Assembly: GCA_040954595.2 (NCBI GenBank)
Contig: CM082588.2
Location: 8,168,844 to 8,232,843 of the forward strand
DNA from: Balanoglossus misakiensis
Taxonomy: Eukaryota > Animalia > Hemichordata
Length of the DNA: 64,000 nt
Direction of reading: 5' to 3'
Made by a program: the position numbers and the translations under genes
The notes under the pieces: generated by a model
Told to the model about the DNA's origin: nothing
Database searches by the model: none
Seen by the model: the letters and a program-made list of their open reading frames with translations, nothing else
Shown here: positions 56,901-64,000 of the stretch, piece after piece
How positions within the stretch are numbered: the first letter of the stretch is position 1
Layout: each line of letters starts with the position of its first letter

Positions 56901-59900
56901 GTGTCTCCGTCCCACACAGGCGACCGTTCTCTGATGTTATATGGTTTCATGAGTAGCATGTAGCCATCTTCTAATTCACTGTCGGTTTTGGTGTTTGAAA
57001 TGTCTTCATTTCCGCAAGTCACATTTAGTAATTGTAAAATATGTCGGTGGTTGCTTTGGAGATATTGTGGAACAAAGAGGAGATAATCCGACGAATGGGA
57101 GGCCAGCACCTGGAAAATAAAATGTGTTACTTAATACCGAGAAAACCAATCCTGTTCATAAAGGAACTGAGTTTGAACTTTTTATCCGAAACCTTCTAGG
57201 TTTTACATTATACCTGTTTACCTAAGGATGTACGTTCGACAAAATTGAAAGTATTGTCATTTTTTTTAATTGTGGATTTTTTTATTCTCCTTTGTATGTA
57301 TAATGAAAATCCGTAATAAAAATGTAGGGGTCACCGCACTTGTTTATGAAATACAGAGCCATGCATTCAGTCGATAATAGAAGAAATCTGCTGACTCAGC
57401 ATTTTTCACCAATGGTTTGTCTATGGGCAAAATTTTTAACGCAATTTATCTCAAAATAGAGCGCGGTGACCCCTATATTTTATTTGACCAATGAATTTAT
57501 AATTTGCTGGACTGAGCTATGTGTAAAATTTCGTGAAAATGACAATAGTAGAAGTTTGTTTTCTGGTGATTATCAATGTAATCCTATGGGTAAAAGACGG
57601 GTGCACGCAGTGTTTCTGGTTTATGTTCTGCGTGTACATCCTTAAGGATTTACGGTCGCCAAAATTGAAAGTATTGTCATTTCTTTTGATTGTTGATTTT
57701 TAGATTATCCTGTGTATGTATAATGAAAATCTGTGATAAAATATAGGGGTCACCGCGCTTGCTTTTGAAATACAGAGCCATGAATTTAGTCGATAATAGA
57801 AGAAAACTGCTGACTCAGCTTTTTCCCCCAATGGTTTGTCTATGGGCAATATTTTTAACACAATTTATCTCAAAATAGAGCGCGGTGACCACACGATTTT
57901 ATTTGACCAATTATTTTACATTTACTTGACTGAGCTATGTGTAAAATTTCATGAAAATGACAACAGTAGAAGTGCTTTCTAGCTTTTCTCATTGTAATCC
58001 TATGGGAAAAAGATGAGTGCACAGTTTTCCAGTTTATGTTCTGCGCGTACATCCTTAAATGATCTTTTAAATATTCGTGTTCCCAGTTGCACCCTTCGAT
58101 TGACTGCTGAGGGCGCTTTAACTTTACACCAGCCAATTTTTAAAACCACATTCTATGGCAATACATCTTTTATAAGTTGCGCTCCACGGTTGTGGAATAA
58201 GCTTCCACTTGAGCTCTGGGGGCATTGGGATGTGATTTTTTTAAAATCCTGTGCGGACTTTGTGCTTGCACAATTACCTTCACATGATTTGTATTTTTCA
58301 GTGTTACCAGAAGTTCAGTCACTGATGTATTCACTTGAAATTCTGCAGCAATCTCTAGGTCCTACAAAAAATATAGGAATGTTCAGCTTTAATTAATTTA
58401 AGATGCACTTTTAAACAAGTCATTGTTAATTCAGCAAAAATAAGCAGACATAATAAGCAGACAACCAAGAAGAAATCTTGTAGTGCAGATGATGTACTGT
58501 TCCCCTTTTTTCCTGTTCCAATGTTCTTAATATTTTCTAAATCAGTCTTATGCCTAACGCTGCCAAGTCGGTTGAAACTGGTTTGATTTCCAGAGTGCCT
58601 AGAATCCTGGCTCCCAGGCCTGTTAGACTGCCAAGTGTGTGTTATTCAGTAGGGCCTATACACGACCCTCAGACCAATACAGTGCAAACCAGTGTGATTT
58701 GGTACATTTTAAAGGGGGCTCAGACTGCCAAGTGTGTGTCTAAGTACGTATGAGAGCCATGTCAAGACAGTCAAAATATGTTTTAGAAGAAAAAGTGGCA
58801 AATACATATTTTAAGGAACTTGACACTCTAAACAGGTATGACACCCAATAGCATTAGGGTTAATGTAGCAAAACTATTTTTTTCTGAAAATACTTCCAAT
58901 GCTTACCTTTCTGAGTAACTTCGCAAAGCCTAACGCTTTAGAAGCCCTCTCTCTAGTTTCATGGAATATTTCTTTAAATCTTCTGCAGGACTCTCTTAAT
59001 GTTGTTGTTATGGTGTTATTGAATAGTGAACTGTCTTGTAGATGGGAACATTGCTCATCCATCTTGTTGGACAAAAATTCCGATGTCGATGTCAGCAACC
59101 CACTTGCCATTACACTAAAAGTAACATTTGGATAACTCTTGTTTAGTTTCATCACGTCATACACTGACAAATGGGGATAAAAACCAGACTACTATTTTAT
59201 GTGTCGTGAAATACAAATGTTAATACATAACCCCCATACCACTACTCTTAGAAACCAAAACAATTTTCATGAATAAACTCATTTCATTTTCATGAATAAA
59301 CAAAGCGCCTCTCTTCAGAAAATTAAATTCTCTTCAGCTGAACAGTATACACAGGTTTCACACTACCTCAAAATTGCATTAAAGGGACAAAGTCTCTCTC
59401 TCGCTGCCCCTTTTCCATTAATTATGTTGGATACAAGACACCGTTTTATGTGATTCTTCATGTGGATATATAGTGAATAAACGTTCAACACACACAACTT
59501 CCATCCCGTTTGAAGGATATGAGAGTAAAAATCTCGCCAAATTAAATAAACGGTAGAGACCGATTATTCGTTTTGGCTTTTTTTTTTACTTACCAGAATC
59601 TTCGCCCTGCCTGAGCTTCACCACCTCTGATGTGAGGACACATTTCTTTCACAAAGCTCCATTCTTCCTGAATGATATTCTTCAGACTTAACGATGCCTG
59701 TGGTAGTCTCTGTAGCATCTGTATCAAACTATGCAAGTACTCAAAGTAAACCTGCAGAATAAAAGGGACATTAGCTCTAACTTTGTGGCTATACTTTCAG
59801 AATTTTTGTTCCGTGTGCCTTCTGTTTGATGAATCCCTTATACATATGGCACCATGCAGAACAATAGAATTTAGCGTGCACTAAAAAAGCCGTACAGAAC

Positions 59901-62900
59901 AGTACGTACGGAACGCGTGTTAAATACGCCTAGAGTTTCAAGGCGCCCCAACACACCGTGTACAGGTATGCGTTGTTATGCAGACGGTTTCAAGACACCC
60001 CCACTCCAACGCACGTGCGCACACGTAAACAAAAAAGAAAGATGGCTGCTCACTGAGTCAAGTGAGCGGTTTTCGATCGATTGTATCGGCATTTTGGGCG
60101 TTTTGAAAGCCAAGTAACATGCAACACAAGAACTAACAGACATTAGCGCAGCGCATCGCCCTCCGCTACGCGTCGGGCGATACTCGGCGCTAATGTCCTC
60201 GTGCATACTTTGCGGTATTTTCGTAATAACCTCATATTATAGTACTCCACTGGATATGCCTATATGAAGTAAGCATATACTAACTTACCTCTAACATATC
60301 TCGCAAATCTTTTTCAAAATCATCGAGATCATTTTCAATTCTTTCTTGGAGTTGTCGTTCATCCCATAGCACAGAACTTGTCATTCTCTGATGGTATTGT
60401 TTAATTAATATTGACCCTGTGATGACCTCTTTACATTCCGATATGAGCTGTGAAAGCGACAAATGAAGAAGAGAAGGTTTTATATTTATTTTTGAGAAAA
60501 ATAAGGCAAAATTTAATTTTAGAGGAGGTATTCGGCGGCCATTTTTGATATGCAAATTAGAAGAATTGCCCAACACTGCCATTTTGGCAACTAAGCTGAA
60601 ATAGTTCTAGGGGCCCATGGGAATGCAAATTTTTATTTTTGCGTGTTTATTTTATTTATTTTTTTTTGGGGGGGGGGGGCCTCTCGCGTTGTTCACGATA
60701 ATTTATCGTTCGTGAAAATTTCCCATTTTACAGAATGTTTCTACATGGTACATGAAATGACTCCATGTGAAGAGACAAACTTCTAATATGAGTGAACATA
60801 CATGAGCAATTGGTCTACAAACCTGCTTGATGCTCATGAGAGATGGTTCAGCTGCTGGTTTGTGTTCAAGTCTCAGTCGTAGACATTCATGTATGACATC
60901 CAAGGTTATCCGTACCAGAAATAAATAAGTGGGCCTGCCGAGATAGAGGACACAGAAATGGAAATCTTGCGACACTATGTGATTTGACCCCTTAGCACAA
61001 AGGAAAAACATATTTAAGGCAGCCAGAATTTGTGTGTCAAAATGGCGGAACATTTAAAAAAATGAAAGTATGTCCTAAAATTGATCACCCCACCTATCAC
61101 CGAGGACTGGAATAATACATTGAAATGCAATAAGATTTAATGATAGGAATATAAAGCAAATCTCCAAAGATTGAATGGTATTCTCATAAAAAAATGACAA
61201 AAATGACACAGCTACTGAGACTTTAACCTCTTTGCTATAATGGTTTGGTCCAAATCAATTGTTTACTATGGTAAAGCACAAAATAATAAAAAAAATGGCG
61301 CGGTGGTTCTCCCATGGGCAGTTCATAGATGTGGTAATCTATCCTTCTCCATTTGGTAATTCATATATCCATGTAAGTACAAAACAAAAGCATAAGCAAA
61401 TTGCACACAGAATGCTAAATTGCCATTTTCTCTTACCTGAATGATGGCAAACCCATTTCTATGAATTGTTGCCTGAAAACACTGTGAGCTGTCAAACTAT
61501 TTCGTCTGTCCACAGACGCCATGTGTTCTTCAAACATTGTCAATGCATGGTGATGACCTAGACCGCTTTCTTTTGGACTCTGAAAAAAATAATGTACAGT
61601 GTAGGTCGGCAATATTAGTGTCAGTAGGCACTATTAGGGACAAAGTCTCTCTCTCGCTGCCCCTTTTTCATTAATTATTTTTGATACAAGACACCATTTA
61701 TGTTATTCTACAAGAGGATATATAGTGAATCAGCATTCGACCACACACAACTTCTATCCCATTTGTAGGATATGAGAGTAAAATCTCGCCAAAATGAATA
61801 AATGGTAAACACCGATTATTCATTTTGGCGAGTTTTTCACTCTCATGTCTACAAGTGGAATGGAAGTTGTGTGTGGTCGAAATTTGATTCACTATGTATC
61901 CACATGAAGAATAACATAAACGGTGTCTTGTACATGTATCAAAAATAATTAATGGAAAAGGGGCAGCGAGAGAGAGACTTTGTCCCTTTAAGAATTTTCA
62001 GTCACAAAACGCCTACAAGTGTACTTGTTGGAAAGACTGAATATTGAATCTCTTAAACAAATGATCATTGATGGTATGCCTTTTTCATATAGAGGGCGCC
62101 CTTCCAAGACGACACCAAAATGCTTGATCTTGACTCTGACGATGTTCAACTCAATCACCTTACATGACACACCACTGAATGCTTGTTGCCATGGCACTGA
62201 TGTTGCTAATTATTTTCCAACTGTTATTGCTCCGGCCAATCAGTAGTGTGTCACGTAAGGTGATTGAGTTGAACGACATCAGAGTCAAGATCATGTGGTG
62301 ACCTCGTTGCCGAGGTATCACATTTGGAGTGCTATTGACATGCAAAATTGTAAAATCAATGATAGTAAACCTCGACTCCAGACTCTGTGTGAGTCAATCT
62401 AAAACACACTGGGGTCTAGATTCCAGACTATCCATACACAAATAAGTCTACTTACAACATAGGTAGATTCTGAGCGACTGTGTGGTTCACTCTCATCCAC
62501 GGTTGAAAATAAAACTTTGGTCTCTCGACTTTGCACTTCATTTTGTGGGCACTGCAGAACTTGTTTTGCGCGCTGCAGAGTGCCGTCCAAAAGATCGCGC
62601 AGTCTTTCCACCATCTTGCGCAGTCCCATCTGTTTGAGACTTTTATCCACAAAATGGCGGTAGATCCACGTGCCGAAGCCCCCCATGTCTCCAACACTGG
62701 GTAGACTGTTACGGCTACTGTACGAACTTGTACTCTGGTTCTTCACGGGTGTGCTCGAATCAGAAGGCGTCTCGCTGAAAACCTCCTCAGTGTGACCTGG
62801 TTTCTGCAGAGTTGGAATCGTGAAGACATCTTGTGCGTTTCCCTTTGTGGGATCGCAGTCCAGTCCGGGCCAGTTCAAATTTTCGATCTCGTCAACGCCC

Positions 62901-64000
62901 AGCACTTTGGCCATGACCCGCAGCTTCTGGCTCATGTCGGTGGTGATGTTCAACCACAAGCACATCGTCTCCAGTCGGGTCTGAAATTCCACGCTTGCAT
63001 AGATCGGGTGTTCCTTCTTCAAGGCTCTGAGATTTGGATACAGTCTCTCCACAGCCTCCAGTTCGCTCAGCACTGAAGTGACGTGTAAGAGTGCTTGGCG
63101 TTGCCGGAAGATGTCCTCGGAGGTGATCAAACTAAAAGGAGTAAATGGTTTCCATGGAGGGAAGCAATCGTCTGTGATGGTGCTAATTGGTGACGTAGCG
63201 TCTCGCACACATGTATCATTGCTCAATTCAAGAGTTAAGTTTTCTCTCATGCTGTTGCTGGAACCAACAGTATGAACAGTGTGACCATTTACAGAACTGT
63301 TCAGTGCATCTGTGCTGTGTGGTTCTCTATCGTCATCCGTGGGCGTTACGTTCATAATCATATCACAAGAATGACAGTCACCTCTACTGGCTATTCCTGG
63401 TGTCGATGTCTGTGATATTGAAAGTGTTGGATGCGGCGACGGTGATGATGAAGACATAGCAGCATTTGTTGATGACCGCAATACTGATGTTGTCTGTAAA
63501 GCTGAGGCAGTTTGGGGCTGAGGTTTGACGGGAGTTGACGGAATACGAAAATGACTGATGTTTTCCAGGATTTGCGGGACATGCTTTCTCTTTTCCCACA
63601 GGTACATGTCCTGCTCTTCCATTGTCCTATTGGCCAGCCACGCCTTCAAGGCAAGCCACAGCAACTCCACCCAGCGAGCCTGGGCTACATCCTGCACCTG
63701 CTGTATGCTGACTTTGGCGTCGGGTTTCGGGGTGGTTTTCTTCTGACTTGTACTGCCGATGCTTATCAGCAAGGAGAAAGTTTTGTAGAAATCCACTCGA
63801 TCCTGCGGGCATTCCTCAACTTTTGGACTTGAGACCTGTCGTTTGGCGAGTGTCCGTTCGGCTTTGTCCGGGTGTTTTTCCGGTATGTAGTAATTCAGTG
63901 TTTTGAATCGATTCGGTGAATCAACACTGGACGATAGTATGGTATCGTAGTTCCACTGTGCATGTCCACCGACTGGAAAGTCTGATTCAGCAAACGTTGT
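47917..64000 (-). CDS. MAP3K4: Mitogen-activated protein kinase kinase kinase 4 (MEKK4/MTK1), 5' end outside the window
   Basis: Exons 64000-62456, 61579-61437, 60934-60823, 60447-60289, 59751-59594, 59114-58907, 58361-58278, 57109-56849, 55957-55808, 54983-54813, 54566-54433, 54124-54043, 53521-53446, 53161-52919, 52617-52336, 51882-51809, 51369-51253, 50566-50407, 49767-49648, 49224-49118, 48630-48451, 47940-47917. Family motifs [43 protein letters not shown]; kinase motifs AMK, HRDIKGANIF, KLGDFG, YMAPE, DIWSLGC. Confidence 0.97.
55117..55293. mobile_element. TAG...CTA MITE
   Basis: TIR TAGCATCCCTCTGAAGTCA / TGACTTCAGAGGGATGCTA. Confidence 0.7.
56363..56738. mobile_element. pogo/Tigger-like MITE
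   Basis: TA TSD and perfect TIR CCGTAATCACTCCATCAGTTC / GAACTGATGGAGTGATTACGG. Confidence 0.8.
57226..58054. mobile_element. Head-to-tail dimer of a ~410-bp Kolobok-like MITE
   Basis: Copies 57226-57641 and 57646-58054 have GGATGTACG...GTACATCC ends and share one TTAA. A partial third copy lies at ~35305-35585. Confidence 0.85.
58075..58215 (+). mobile_element. L2/Crack/CR1-group LINE ORF2 C-terminal relic
   Basis: Peptide PSCTLRL...[25 protein letters not shown] fits the YG-x-R/S-F...AP-x-LWN-x-LP motif at the end of LINE ORF2. Confidence 0.7.
62126..62292. repeat. Palindromic MITE
   Basis: GATCTTGACTCTGA..GTTCAACTCAATCACCTTAC mirrored by GTAAGGTGATTGAGTTGAAC..TCAGAGTCAAGATC. Confidence 0.75.

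Noticed and set aside
58013-58396. 127-aa plus-strand ORF as a nested gene in MAP3K4
   Set aside because: A chimera of a MITE end, a LINE ORF2 relic and the antisense of a MAP3K4 exon.

Overview
AT-rich, intron-rich animal genomic DNA, most likely a marine invertebrate deuterostome (inferred from gene structure and the MITE landscape; not proven). Genes in order: the last two exons of UBE3D (+), a complete 10-exon BCKDHB (+), TENT5/FAM46 (+, one coding exon, spliced leader, long 3'UTR), a complete 12-coding-exon CEP85/CEP85L (-) with a U12 AT-AC intron, a small two-exon gene for a death-effector-domain-only protein (+), and most of MAP3K4 (-, runs off the right edge). Introns and intergenic DNA are packed with non-autonomous DNA transposons (Tc1/pogo-, Kolobok-, piggyBac-, Harbinger-, Academ- and Helentron-like), a LINE 3' relic and Penelope-like fragments with hammerhead ribozyme motifs. 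Highlights: the DED-only micro-gene, a 2.7-kb composite element with a 9-bp TSD between two head-to-head promoters, the hammerhead motif, the minor-class intron, and linkage of genes whose human orthologues lie on 6q. No prokaryotic system, CRISPR array, rRNA or tRNA was seen. Gene identities rest on recalled human protein sequences, not on database searches.
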